64,000 bases of DNA. It comes from Truepera sp. GTDB taxonomy: Bacteria; Deinococcota; Deinococci; Deinococcales; Trueperaceae. The first letter of the stretch is position 1; every line of letters begins with the position of its first letter. The position numbers and the translations under genes were made by a program. The stretch lies in contig CBDCKW010000009.1 in NCBI GenBank assembly GCA_965218435.1, forward strand, positions 2,624,001 through 2,688,000. Reading direction: 5' to 3'. The notes beneath the pieces are model-generated. The model was given only the letters and a program-made list of their open reading frames with translations, searched no databases and was not told where the DNA came from. Below, one piece after another: positions 10,027 to 19,520 of the stretch.

Positions 10027-11202
10027 GTGGCAGGGTCAAGAGGACAGATACTCGAGCGTAACTACGGCTTTCTCGTGCGGGTATTCGTCGGCAGAGACGC
10101 CACCGGCACCCGCATCTATCACAACCAAAAGGTAACGGGCACTAAGAAAGATGCCCAAAAGATACTGACGGCTGTTTTACGCAAGCTCGATATGGGCGAA
10201 CTCTTACTCGAGCCCTCAACCCAAACGGTAGAAGCGTACTGTGAGGACTGGCTTACGACGATTGCCCAGGGGCGTTTAGCTAAGAGCACCTTTAAGAATT
10301 ACTGCCACTACCTACGCAAACAGGTCTATCCGGCTGTGGGTAAGCAGAAGCTTGTGAGACTTGCCTCGAGAGACGTACAGAAGCTTTACGGCGATCTCTC
10401 AGCACGGGGTCTGTCCGGGCGCACCGTCCGCTACACGCACACCGTCCTCAACTCGGCACTAGAACACGCGGTAGCGCAGCGGCTTATACCCAGTAACCCT
10501 TGCAGGTACACCCAACTCCCCCGGCTCGACACGAAAGAGATGAACGCGATGAATGAGGCAGAGCGGGCCGCGTTTATAGAGGCTGCCACCCATAACCGGA
10601 TGCACGTCTACTTTGCGCTACTGCTAGCCACAGGCTTACGACCGGCTGAAGGGTTAGCCCTCAAGTGGGGAGACTTCGACCCGGTAAGCAAGACGCTACG
10701 CATCACCCGGACGCTCGAGTATGTTTCAGGTAAGGCGTATTTTAAGGAACCTAAGACGAAACGCTCACGGCGCACCATCAACTTGCATGACGGCACCGTG
10801 GCGCTGCTGTTAGAGCACAGACAAACGGGACTCATGCCGGGTGAACTGATTTTCAGCACGCTCACAGGTGAACCCTTTTACACAAATAACGTACTCAACC
10901 GCTACTTTAAGCCGTGCCTGGTAGCGGCAGGGCTGGCGACGGTTGAGGCGACCGCTAAGGGAACCGAGCGCATCGTGTCGAAGTTTCGGATGTACGACCT
11001 ACGCCATACCCACGCGACGATGTTGCTCGAGGCAAACGTCAACCCTAAAATTGTCAGCGAACGCTTGGGCCACGCTTCAGTCTCGCTTACCTTAGACACC
11101 TACAGCCACATTTTACCGACAATTCAAGATGCCGCAGTAGAGGCGCTAGGTTCAGCTCTTTATAGCGGGTCAAAAGTAGCTTTAGACCTACCCCTAAATT
11201 AG
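10027..11202 (+). CDS. Tyrosine recombinase / phage-type integrase
   Basis: TGLRPAE, PKT, YDLRHTHAT, SERLGHAS, DTYSH; N-terminal arm-binding and SAM-like segments. Confidence 0.95.
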   Translation: MAGSRGQILERNYGFLVRVFVGRDATGTRIYHNQKVTGTKKDAQKILTAVLRKLDMGELLLEPSTQTVEAYCEDWLTTIAQGRLAKSTFKNYCHYLRKQVYPAVGKQKLVRLASRDVQKLYGDLSARGLSGRTVRYTHTVLNSALEHAVAQRLIPSNPCRYTQLPRLDTKEMNAMNEAERAAFIEAATHNRMHVYFALLLATGLRPAEGLALKWGDFDPVSKTLRITRTLEYVSGKAYFKEPKTKRSRRTINLHDGTVALLLEHRQTGLMPGELIFSTLTGEPFYTNNVLNRYFKPCLVAAGLATVEATAKGTERIVSKFRMYDLRHTHATMLLEANVNPKIVSERLGHASVSLTLDTYSHILPTIQDAAVEALGSALYSGSKVALDLPLN

Positions 11203-11235
11203 TTTGGCACACGTCCGGCACATGAAATAGAAAAC

Positions 11236-11272
11236 GGTGAGGCTCTTAAGTGCGAGCCTCACCTTAGTTTTA
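11236..11272. terminator. Hairpin between integrase and tRNA-Thr
   Basis: GGTGAGGCTC-N8-GAGCCTCACC with A-rich and T-rich flanks. Confidence 0.7.
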
Positions 11273-11294
11273 TCGTCCCTGACGGTGTTTTTAC

Positions 11295-11369
11295 TGGAGC
11301 CGATGGTCGGAGTTGAACCGACGACCTATCGATTACGAATCGATTGCTCTACCTCTGAGCTACATCGGC
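11295..11369 (-). tRNA. tRNA-Thr(CGT)
   Basis: Cloverleaf GCCGATG...ATCGA-TTCGTAA-TCGAT...GGTTCAACTCC...CCA. Confidence 0.95.
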
Positions 11370-11379
11370 GGGAGTGTAG

Positions 11380-11455
11380 TGGTGGCCAGAGGCGGGCTTG
11401 AACCGCCGACACCACGATTTTCAGTCGTGTGCTCTACCGGCTGAGCTATCTGGCC
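11380..11455 (-). tRNA. tRNA-Phe(GAA)
   Basis: GGCCAGA...CACGA-CTGAAAA-TCGTG...GGTTCAAGCCC...ACCA. Confidence 0.95.
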
Positions 11456-11506
11456 ATGCTCATTAGTATCATCAATGGCAAGTCATTGATGATACCTTTA
11501 ACTTGT

Positions 11507-11582
11507 TGGCGGAGCCGACGGGATTTGAACCCGCGACCTTCTGCGTGACAGGCAGATATGCTAACCCCTACACTACGGCTCC
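11507..11582 (-). tRNA. tRNA-Asp(GTC)
   Basis: GGAGCCG...TCTGC-CTGTCAC-GCAGA...GGTTCAAATCC...GCCA. Confidence 0.95.
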
Positions 11583-11665
11583 ACAATGTGATCTTAACCA
11601 TGCGGTATTACAGTTCTACTACCCCGAAGGGCAAGCGGTATGATACCCAAGAATTTGGGGGCTTG

Positions 11666-12550
11666 TCAACGCGGGTAGAGCACGACGTCTAAGATAATAG
11701 CCACGAGCATCACACCACTGACGTAGAGGTTGCCGTTAAATGAGCGCAGCGCGTCGCCCAAGTCCTTTGAATGTGCAATTTTTTGTCCCCAAATCAGCAC
11801 CGCCGCAACGACGATGAGGCCGAGGGCGAAAGGCCAGTGTGACCCTGACAAGGGCAGCGTCAAGGCTAAAAAACCCCACGCTAAGAGGTGAAAGGCGGCG
11901 GCGACCTCGAGCGCCCGCTCCACCCCGAAGTCCGCCGGAATGCTGTGAACATGGTTTCGAACATCATGCTTATAATCCAACACGCCGTAAATCACATCAA
12001 ACCCGGCAATCCAGCAGGCCACCCCTGCCCAGAGCGCCCAGGTCGCCGGGGCAAAACTTCCGGTGACGGCAATCCAACCCCCTGCCGCAGCCGCCCCAAT
12101 CGTTACACCGAGCCAAACGTGACAGAGCCAAGTAAAGCGTTTGAGATACGGGTAGAGCGTCAGAAAAACGACCGCGACCGGCAGCAGCGCCAGCGTCAGC
12201 GGATTGAGCGACCAACCTGCAACGATCAGAAGAGCAAACCCGACTAACGCCAGCGCGAAGCCGTTACGTTTTTTGAGGACGCCCCTGGGGATTTCGCGGC
12301 CTGCTGTGCGCGGATTGCGGGCGTCGAGGTCCGCGTCAATGACCCGGTTGAGGGCCATACTCGCGGTACGCGCCCCGACCATCGCCACAGTAATCCAGAA
12401 AAATACATTCCACCCCGGCCAGTTTCTGGTTGCCAAGAGCATCCCGCCGTAGGCAAAGGGGAGCGCAAAAAGCGTGTGTTCAAACTTGACAAAATCCAAG
12501 TAGGTTTTGAGAGTACGCTTAGGGGAAGCGGACGCGGCGGCTTGGTTCAC
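11666..12550 (-). CDS. UbiA-family prenyltransferase (MqnP-like, menaquinone synthesis)
   Basis: VKFEHTLFALPFAY, NRVIDADLDARNPRTAGREIP, YPYLKRFT, GFDVIY; many TM helices. Confidence 0.85.
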   Translation of the reverse strand: MNQAAASASPKRTLKTYLDFVKFEHTLFALPFAYGGMLLATRNWPGWNVFFWITVAMVGARTASMALNRVIDADLDARNPRTAGREIPRGVLKKRNGFALALVGFALLIVAGWSLNPLTLALLPVAVVFLTLYPYLKRFTWLCHVWLGVTIGAAAAGGWIAVTGSFAPATWALWAGVACWIAGFDVIYGVLDYKHDVRNHVHSIPADFGVERALEVAAAFHLLAWGFLALTLPLSGSHWPFALGLIVVAAVLIWGQKIAHSKDLGDALRSFNGNLYVSGVMLVAIILDVVLYPR

Positions 12551-12713
12551 CCCTTTATGGTAGCACCGCCCGACATAGGCGCAGGATGCTTAACAAGCAT
12601 TTGCGAAAAGATGCCGATGAGCCGTACGGAACGTAAGTTAGGGATAGATTTCGTTCTGAAATGGGCGTTTATGACTAGAAGATAGCTGCTGTATGATGCA
12701 GCTATAAGGAGGC

Positions 12714-14354
12714 ATGATGACCCAAACTGAGACTGCCGCAGCCTGGAGTGTTCTACAAGAACACCGAGAAGAGATGCAAGGCGTGGAGATGCGCCACCTG
12801 TTCGACGAAGACCCCGCGCGTTTCGAGACTTTTTCATTGCGGTTAGGGAACCTCTTGTTCGACTACTCCAAAAACCGCGTGACGCAAGAGACGGTGGACA
12901 AACTTGTCGCGCTGGCTCAAGCTGCTGGCGTACCCGAACTGCGTGACGCGATGTTTCGTGGTGATAAGATCAACACCACTGAAAACCGCGCCGTACTGCA
13001 CATCGCGCTGCGAAATCGCCCCGACCATCCTATTTACGTGGACGGCGAAGACGTGATGCCGAGCGTAACCCAGACCTTAGACAAGATGCGCACCTTTTCC
13101 GACGCCGTTCGTAGCGGCTCGTGGCAGGGCTATACGGGCGAAGAGATCACCGATATCGTCAACGTCGGCATCGGCGGTTCGGACTTGGGGCCGAAGATGG
13201 TCACGCACGCGCTGATCCCTTACGGGCACCCACGCCTCAACGTTCACTATGTGTCGAACGTTGACGGCAGCGACATCTCCGAAACGCTAAAGCGGCTCAA
13301 ACCCGAAACGACCCTCTTTTTAATCGCGTCAAAGACGTTTACGACTCAGGAAACGATGACCAACGCAGCGACCGCAAGGGACTGGCTCTTGGCGACTGCC
13401 AAAGACGACAGCGCCGTCGCCAAGCACTTTGTCGCCATGTCAACGAATGAACAGGCCGTCGCAGCGTTCGGCATTGACCCTGAGAATATGTTCGAGTTTT
13501 CCGATTGGGTGGGTGGACGCTACTCACTCTGGAGCGCGATTGGGCTCTCAATTGCCCTTTACGTCGGGATGGATAACTTTGACGCACTCTTAGCGGGCGC
13601 ACGCACAGCCGACGAGCACTTTTTGAATGCGCCGCTGTCTGAAAATATCCCGGTCATCATGGGCGTGTTAGGCGTGTGGTACAACAATTTTTTTGACGCG
13701 CAGACCCACGCGATTTTGCCTTATGACTATTACCTCGAGTATTTTCCCAGTTATTTTCAGCAAGGCGATATGGAATCAAACGGCAAAAGCACGACCCGCG
13801 AGGGCGAGCCGGTAACAGAAAGCACCGGTCCCGTCATCTGGGGTCAACCCGGCACCAACGGCCAGCACGCGTTTTATCAGCTCATCCATCAAGGCACCAA
13901 GCTCATCCCCTGCGACTTTTTGGCCGCCGCCAAAACGCACAACCCGGTCGGAGAGCATCACGAAATCTTGCTCTCAAACTTCTTCGCTCAAACCGAAGCA
14001 CTCATGAAAGGCCGCACCTTTGAAGAGGCAAAAGCCGAAGTCGGGCAAAGCGCGGATGGCGTTGACCCTGACCTATTAGCCGCGTCGAAGACGTTTCCCG
14101 GCAACCGTCCGACGAACAGCTTTTTGTATGAGGAACTCGACCCCAAAACGCTCGGGACGCTGATTGCGCTTTACGAGCACAAAATTTTTACGCAAGGTGC
14201 AATTTGGAACATCAACTCGTTTGACCAGATGGGCGTTGAACTCGGGAAGGTGTTGGCGAAGAAGATTTTGCCGGAGCTCGAGGGCGACGAAGAGGTTAGG
14301 AGCCACGACAGCAGTACGAATGGGCTGATTAACGCCTATAAAGAGCTGCGCTAG
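12714..14354 (+). CDS. pgi: Glucose-6-phosphate isomerase
   Basis: [55 protein letters not shown]. Confidence 0.97.
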   Translation: MMTQTETAAAWSVLQEHREEMQGVEMRHLFDEDPARFETFSLRLGNLLFDYSKNRVTQETVDKLVALAQAAGVPELRDAMFRGDKINTTENRAVLHIALRNRPDHPIYVDGEDVMPSVTQTLDKMRTFSDAVRSGSWQGYTGEEITDIVNVGIGGSDLGPKMVTHALIPYGHPRLNVHYVSNVDGSDISETLKRLKPETTLFLIASKTFTTQETMTNAATARDWLLATAKDDSAVAKHFVAMSTNEQAVAAFGIDPENMFEFSDWVGGRYSLWSAIGLSIALYVGMDNFDALLAGARTADEHFLNAPLSENIPVIMGVLGVWYNNFFDAQTHAILPYDYYLEYFPSYFQQGDMESNGKSTTREGEPVTESTGPVIWGQPGTNGQHAFYQLIHQGTKLIPCDFLAAAKTHNPVGEHHEILLSNFFAQTEALMKGRTFEEAKAEVGQSADGVDPDLLAASKTFPGNRPTNSFLYEELDPKTLGTLIALYEHKIFTQGAIWNINSFDQMGVELGKVLAKKILPELEGDEEVRSHDSSTNGLINAYKELR

Positions 14355-14453
14355 GGAAGTTCTCTATAGGCAAGTACGGGGCCACTTGTACTTTGAGCTA
14401 AAAGATAGCAGCCCGTCACCGATAAAGAGACGCGCTTAAAGAAAGGGAGTCTT

Positions 14454-14651
14454 ATGACCTACAAAATTGCGTTACGCCGCTCGGAAGAAGGCTTCAGCGT
14501 TTCTGTTCCTGGCTTGCCTGGTTGCTGGTCGCAGGGTGAAACAGAAAAGGAGGCACTCGAGAATATCAGAGAGGCCATTCAAGACTACCTCTCGGTCGTT
14601 GAGGAGGAATTTCAAGACGCCGACATGCGTGAGGTTGACGTTACGGTTTGA
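14454..14651 (+). CDS. hicB: HicB-family antitoxin (short, no DNA-binding domain)
   Basis: VPGLPGCWSQGETEKEALENIREAI. Confidence 0.85.
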   Translation: MTYKIALRRSEEGFSVSVPGLPGCWSQGETEKEALENIREAIQDYLSVVEEEFQDADMREVDVTV

Positions 14652-14863
14652 TGCCCAAACTAGCTGGTATTAATCACCAGAATGCCGTTCGTGCGTTGCA
14701 GAAAGCAGGCTTTCGAGTTTCCCGACAAGGAAAACACATTGTGATGACAGATGGTGTCCGCATCCTGACAATTCCACGGGCGAAACCAGTAAACGCTTTT
14801 ACGATGGGTGGGATCGTGCGGGACGCCGGTTTGACGATTGAGGAGTTCAAGAAACTGCTGTAG
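14648..14863 (+). CDS. hicA: HicA-family toxin
   Basis: LQKAGF...RQGKHIVM...LTIP...IVRDAGLTIEEFKKLL; overlaps hicB stop. Confidence 0.85.
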   Translation: MMPKLAGINHQNAVRALQKAGFRVSRQGKHIVMTDGVRILTIPRAKPVNAFTMGGIVRDAGLTIEEFKKLL

Positions 14864-14972
14864 GGAACACCAGCTAACCCGCGCTTGCAACCGACATTCT
14901 GTAGCGTCTCCGTGACCAAGTGTTTTATTTAGTTTGATTGAGAAGAGACTAAACCACGAGCTGTTAAAGCAG

Positions 14973-15001
14973 AAAAAAGGCCAGCTGAGGTGCTGGCCTT
15001 T
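14973..15001 (-). terminator. clpB rho-independent terminator
   Basis: AAAAAAGGCCAGC-TGAGGT-GCTGGCCTTT; T-run on the minus strand. Confidence 0.75.
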
Positions 15002-15020
15002 CCTATCGTCTGCTGCCTGG

Positions 15021-17600
15021 CTAATTCAACACTTCAGCGTGCTGCTGTTTCTCAAACGTAAACCCGTTCGCACCGGGCTCGAGCCTCACATCATCGCCAT
15101 CTTGAACATCTCCCGCGATGATTTTGCGTGAGAGCGGCGTCTCAATCAGCTGCTGAATCGCCCGTTTAAGCGGCCGCGCCCCAAACACCGGATCGTAGCC
15201 GACGCGGGCGAGTTGTTCTTTCGCCCCGTCCGAAAGCGTCAGGGTAATGTGCCGCTCAGCCAAACGCTCGCGCAAGCGGCCGAGCTGAATCTCAGCGATA
15301 GCTCCGACCTGATTGCGGTCAAGCGCGTGAAAGACAATCGTGTCGTCCACACGGTTTAAGAACTCCGGGCGGAAGTGGCTCTGCAAAAGGTTAAAGACGG
15401 TGTTTTTGACACTCTCATAGTCCGCTCCGCTGCGGCTGGCCTCCAAAATCTGCGGCGAGCCGATGTTCGAGGTCATGATCACCACCGTATTGCGAAAGTC
15501 TACGGTGCGTCCCTGCGAATCGGTCAGGCGGCCGTCGTCCAAAAGTTGCAAGAGCGTGTTAAACACGTCCGGGTGCGCCTTTTCAATCTCGTCAAAGAGC
15601 AGGACGCTGTACGGGCGGCGGCGTACCGCTTCGGTGAGCTGCCCACCTTCGTCGTAACCGATATATCCCGGAGGCGCACCGATCAGCCGCGCCGTCGCGT
15701 GCCGCTCCATGTATTCAGACATATCCAAACGGACGAGGTTCTCTTCAGTGTCGAATAGGAGTTCGGCTAGCGCCTTGGCAGTCTCCGTCTTCCCTACCCC
15801 GGTCGGCCCCAAAAAGATGAAGGAACCAATCGGTCGGTTCGGGTCGGAGAGTCCGGCCCTGGCCCGCCGAATCGCATCAGCTACGGCGGTCACCGCTTCG
15901 TCTTGACCGATGACGCGGGTGTGAAGCTCATGCTCTAAGCGTAAAAGTTTTTCGCGTTCGCCCTCGAGTAACCGCGAGAGCGGGATGTTCGTCCAGCGGC
16001 TGACCACTTCAGCGATCTCGTCGGCGTCTACATCCAAACGGACGTATTTTGCGTCGGCAAGTTGGGCCTCGAGGTCACGTAAGGTCTCAGTAAGCTTCGG
16101 CAACCGTCCGTACTGCAACTCGGCAGCTTTATTCAGGTCGTACTCGCGTTGCGCCGCCTCCATCTGGGTGCGCACCTCGTCGAGTTCGTTTTGCGCGGCG
16201 CTGTAGTCGTCGCGAATTTTCTTTTCGGCTTGCCAGTCCGAAGTCGTTTGGTTGATGCGTTCCTCGAGCCCGCGCAGCTCTTCTTCGATGCGGAGTAGGC
16301 GGTTCCCGGCCTCGGTGTCGTTCTCGAGCTTCAAGGCTTCTTGTTCGATCTCGAGCTGGAGCCTGCGCCGCCGCAGCGTGTCAATCTCTTCAGGCATACT
16401 GTCGAGCTGCACGCGAATCCGGCTCGCGGCCTCGTCAATTAAGTCAATCGCTTTGTCGGGGAGCTGCCGGTCGGCGATGTAACGGTTGGAGAGCGTCGCT
16501 GCCGCAATTATGGCAGAGTCGGTGATGGTGACGTTGTGGTGCACCTGATACTTCTCTTTAATGCCGCGCAAGATCGAGATGGTGTCTTCAACGCTCGGCT
16601 CAGCCACGACGATGGGCTGAAACCGCCGCTCGAGCGCGGCGTCTTTTTCGATGGTGCGGTATTCGCTTAAGGTGGTCGCGCCGATCATCCGGAGTTCGCC
16701 TCGAGCCAGCGGCGGTTTAAGCATATTGCCCGCGTCCACAGCACCCTCGGCCTTACCTGCGCCGACGATGGTGTGCAGCTCATCCATAAACAAGATGACT
16801 TCACCTTTGGACTGCACCGTTTCGTTGATCACCGCTTTCAGGCGCTCTTCAAACTCACCGCGAAACTTCGCCCCGGCTAAGAGTGAACCCATATCGAGGG
16901 CGATCACGCGTTTGCCGTGTAAGCCTTCGGGAATGTCTTTGTTGACGATCCGCTGCGCGAGCCCTTCGGCGATAGCGGTCTTGCCGACGCCCGGTTCACC
17001 GATGAGCACCGGATTATTTTTCGTCCGGCGCAACAAAATCTGCACGGCGCGGCGAATCTCTTCGTCGCGGCCGATCACCGGGTCGAGTGCGCCGGTACGG
17101 GCACGTTCGGTGAGGTCAATGCCGTATTTTTCCAGAGCTTCAAAGGTCGTTTCAGCGGATTTACTGTCCACGGTTCTCCCTCCACGTATCTCTTGGGCGG
17201 CCATCTCTAAAGCTTTCGCCTCGGGTAAACCGCTGAATTCTTTGCCGGCGGTGCGCCGCAGTGCCACGAGCAGCGCGTCGGCGGCAACAAACGAATCGTT
17301 CCAGGTTTTAGCAATGGTTTCAGCTTCGTCAAAAGCTTTAGCTAGGTTCGGGCTGAGGTACTGACCGTCGCTGCCGGAGACTTTCGGGAGGCCGTCAAGA
17401 ACAGTATTCAAGCTGTTCTGAGCAGCTCGAAGGTTGCCCCCGGCGCGTTCTAAGACTCGAGCTGAAGGACTGTTCGGGTCAGCTAACAACGCGGTGGCGA
17501 GGTGGGCGGGCGTTACGGTTTGGTGGCCGCGCGTCCGGGCGATCTGCTGCGCACTCTGCACAGCTTGTAAGGTTGATTCGGTAAAACGTTCTGCGTCCAT
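15021..17600 (-). CDS. clpB: Chaperone ClpB (start MDAERFTE at 17600, not the longer ORF start)
   Basis: Two AAA modules ([16 protein letters not shown]), coiled-coil middle domain, [16 protein letters not shown]. Confidence 0.97.
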   Translation of the reverse strand: MDAERFTESTLQAVQSAQQIARTRGHQTVTPAHLATALLADPNSPSARVLERAGGNLRAAQNSLNTVLDGLPKVSGSDGQYLSPNLAKAFDEAETIAKTWNDSFVAADALLVALRRTAGKEFSGLPEAKALEMAAQEIRGGRTVDSKSAETTFEALEKYGIDLTERARTGALDPVIGRDEEIRRAVQILLRRTKNNPVLIGEPGVGKTAIAEGLAQRIVNKDIPEGLHGKRVIALDMGSLLAGAKFRGEFEERLKAVINETVQSKGEVILFMDELHTIVGAGKAEGAVDAGNMLKPPLARGELRMIGATTLSEYRTIEKDAALERRFQPIVVAEPSVEDTISILRGIKEKYQVHHNVTITDSAIIAAATLSNRYIADRQLPDKAIDLIDEAASRIRVQLDSMPEEIDTLRRRRLQLEIEQEALKLENDTEAGNRLLRIEEELRGLEERINQTTSDWQAEKKIRDDYSAAQNELDEVRTQMEAAQREYDLNKAAELQYGRLPKLTETLRDLEAQLADAKYVRLDVDADEIAEVVSRWTNIPLSRLLEGEREKLLRLEHELHTRVIGQDEAVTAVADAIRRARAGLSDPNRPIGSFIFLGPTGVGKTETAKALAELLFDTEENLVRLDMSEYMERHATARLIGAPPGYIGYDEGGQLTEAVRRRPYSVLLFDEIEKAHPDVFNTLLQLLDDGRLTDSQGRTVDFRNTVVIMTSNIGSPQILEASRSGADYESVKNTVFNLLQSHFRPEFLNRVDDTIVFHALDRNQVGAIAEIQLGRLRERLAERHITLTLSDGAKEQLARVGYDPVFGARPLKRAIQQLIETPLSRKIIAGDVQDGDDVRLEPGANGFTFEKQQHAEVLN

Positions 17601-17609
17601 AGTGTCTCT

Positions 17610-17642
17610 ATTATGAAACTTGAGCGCATTATTGTCAAGTTT
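17610..17642 (-). promoter_or_regulatory. clpB promoter with overlapping HAIR (HspR) operator
   Basis: Minus strand TTGACA-17 bp-CATAAT; inverted repeat AAACTTGAGC-N7-TGTCAAGTTT resembles HAIR CTTGAGT-N7-ACTCAAG. Confidence 0.8.
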
Positions 17643-17846
17643 ATTGCGCCTGAAGATAAGCTTTATGGTTGGTCTCAACTCGAGGCGTAACAGTGTGAAG
17701 TAACGGTGTAGCTCACCCGCACAGGCTCAGCGTAGAATAGAGTCAGCAAAGCGGTTTAGCAAGTAGGTCGGTAGCGTCTGTTCGAACGCTTGATTGGGCT
17801 CGAGACAGCAGTTACAAACTACAGCAGAGTGAAAGTGAGAACAAGA

Positions 17847-18689
17847 ATGTCAAAGAAGACAAAAGACAAAAAAGCTACCGCGGCGGAAGAAAACGGCAAA
17901 CACAGTGAGCACAAGAAGCTCGAGAAAAAGTTTTACGAGAGTGAACTTGAAAGGCTCCAGCTCGAGCTGGTTAAATTGCAAGAGTGGATTCGCGCAGAAG
18001 GGCTTAAAGTCGTCGTGATTTTTGAAGGGCGAGACGCCGCGGGCAAGGGCGGCGTTATCAAACGGATTACTGAAAGCCTCAACCCGCGTATCTGCCGCGT
18101 CGTCGCCCTCGGCACCCCGACCGAACGCGAAAAAACGCAGTGGTACTTTCAGCGTTATATCGCGCAGCTGCCTGCCAGCGGCGAGATGGTTTTATTTGAC
18201 CGGAGCTGGTACAACCGCGCAGGCGTCGAGCACGTGATGGGCTTTTGTACCAAAGCCGAATATCAGGAGTTTATGCGCTCGTGCCCCGAGTTTGAACGGA
18301 TGCTGGTGCGTTCAGGCGTCATCTTAATCAAGTACTGGTTTTCAGTCAGTCCTGACGAGCAGGAGAAACGGTTTCAAGACCGCCTCAAAGACCCGACCAA
18401 ACGCTGGAAACTCTCACCGATGGATTTGAAGGCGCGGAGCAAATGGGTCGAGTACTCGAAGGCCAAAGACACGATGTTTAACTACACCGACATCAAACAA
18501 GCGCCGTGGCTCGTCGTAGACGCCGACGACAAAAAACGCGCCCGCCTGAACTGTATCAGTCACCTTTTAAGCGTGATTCCTTATAAAGACCTGACGCCGG
18601 AGCCGATCAAGCTTCCGCCGCGGCAGGAAAACATCTCGTATGTGCGCCCGCCGATGAATGAGCAAACCTTTGTGCCGGAGGTTTACTAG
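17847..18689 (+). CDS. ppk2: Polyphosphate kinase 2
   Basis: FEGRDAAGKGG, WYFQRY, FDRSWYNRAGVE, WKLSPMD, DDKKRARLN. Confidence 0.95.
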   Translation: MSKKTKDKKATAAEENGKHSEHKKLEKKFYESELERLQLELVKLQEWIRAEGLKVVVIFEGRDAAGKGGVIKRITESLNPRICRVVALGTPTEREKTQWYFQRYIAQLPASGEMVLFDRSWYNRAGVEHVMGFCTKAEYQEFMRSCPEFERMLVRSGVILIKYWFSVSPDEQEKRFQDRLKDPTKRWKLSPMDLKARSKWVEYSKAKDTMFNYTDIKQAPWLVVDADDKKRARLNCISHLLSVIPYKDLTPEPIKLPPRQENISYVRPPMNEQTFVPEVY

Positions 18690-18724
18690 CGGGGTTGAAT
18701 CTGAGTATAGCCACCTCGAGCAAC

Positions 18725-19135
18725 CTATCCTGCAGGGGCCGGATTGAGCAGCTCGAGCTTAAAAAGTGACCTGTAGCTTTCGTCTCGGCTTATCAGCCCG
18801 GAGCCCGAAACGGCCGCGTGAGCCCCAATCAGAAAATCCGCCAGCATCCATTTTTTTAGACCCCCACGACGTTTGTAGGCGTAAAAGGCGCGGCCCGCCA
18901 AAAATGACGCCTCTAACGGAATGGGGTCACGCCGAAATAGCGTGAGAGGCAGGAGTTCGTTTAGCTCTTCTAACGAAGCTAAAGTAGCAGAAACCTCGGC
19001 CAGAACGACTGGATTAACGACCAATACGCCTGTTTGGGCGCAGGTTGACAAGACCCCAGCCGAACGTTCTCCAAAGGTTGCGTCGGCACCCAGCACGTCT
19101 AACATGATGTTGGTGTCAACCAACTACGGTTTCAT
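18725..19135 (-). pseudogene. vapC: VapC PIN-domain toxin with TAG at codon 4 (possible restart at TTG 19123)
   Basis: ATG AAA CCG TAG TTG GTT GAC ACC AAC; PIN motifs VDTN, LAEV, ADFLIGAHA, ISRD. Confidence 0.7.
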
Positions 19136-19341
19136 TCGCGCAGGAGTTTTATCAGCTCAGTGGTTGAGCGTTCAAACTGTTTGCGACCGTAGAGTTTGGC
19201 CAGTTCATCTTGCCGACCTTCTTTAACGAGTAGCAGTGCGCCATCTTGTACGACAAACATTACTTCGGTTTCCGGCAAAAAGCCAAACGCTTCGCGCAGT
19301 GCTTGAGGAATCGTCACCTGACCACGTTCGCCGACCTTCAC
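19132..19341 (-). CDS. AbrB/MazE-type antitoxin
   Basis: MKVGERGQVTIPQALREAFG; ATGA overlap with the PIN gene. Confidence 0.85.
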   Translation of the reverse strand: MKVGERGQVTIPQALREAFGFLPETEVMFVVQDGALLLVKEGRQDELAKLYGRKQFERSTTELIKLLRE

Positions 19342-19520
19342 ACCAAATCCCCAAAATACGAATCCGAATTCATACCAAGAATATAGCTCGAGTCCGTTTT
19401 ATGTTGCACGTAGGAAAGCTAGGTCGCGGCATACTATTTTGAACACCGTTACGAACCGTGTTTTACCGAATTTGCTAAGCTTGATTACATTAAGAGATTG
19501 CACTACGAAGGGGGAAAAGC

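Larger units (their letters stand above)
3845..11294. mobile_element. Integrated phage-satellite-like element at tRNA-Thr 3' end, left end truncated by IS
   Basis: Primase, helicase, terminase genes, XRE regulator and tyrosine integrase, abutting the CCA end of tRNA-Thr; no second att copy seen. Confidence 0.8.

Noticed and set aside
3845..11294. Complete prophage
   Set aside because: No portal, capsid, tail or lysis genes; too small.
11466..11495. Hairpin GTATCATCAATG...CATTGATGATAC between tRNA-Phe and tRNA-Asp
   Set aside because: Most likely a tRNA-operon spacer or processing structure; no other copy seen.
16651..17364. Long antisense ORFs (also 33044-33610, 54956-55663, 21775-22407)
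   Set aside because: Shadows of well-supported genes on the other strand, expected with GC-rich codon usage.
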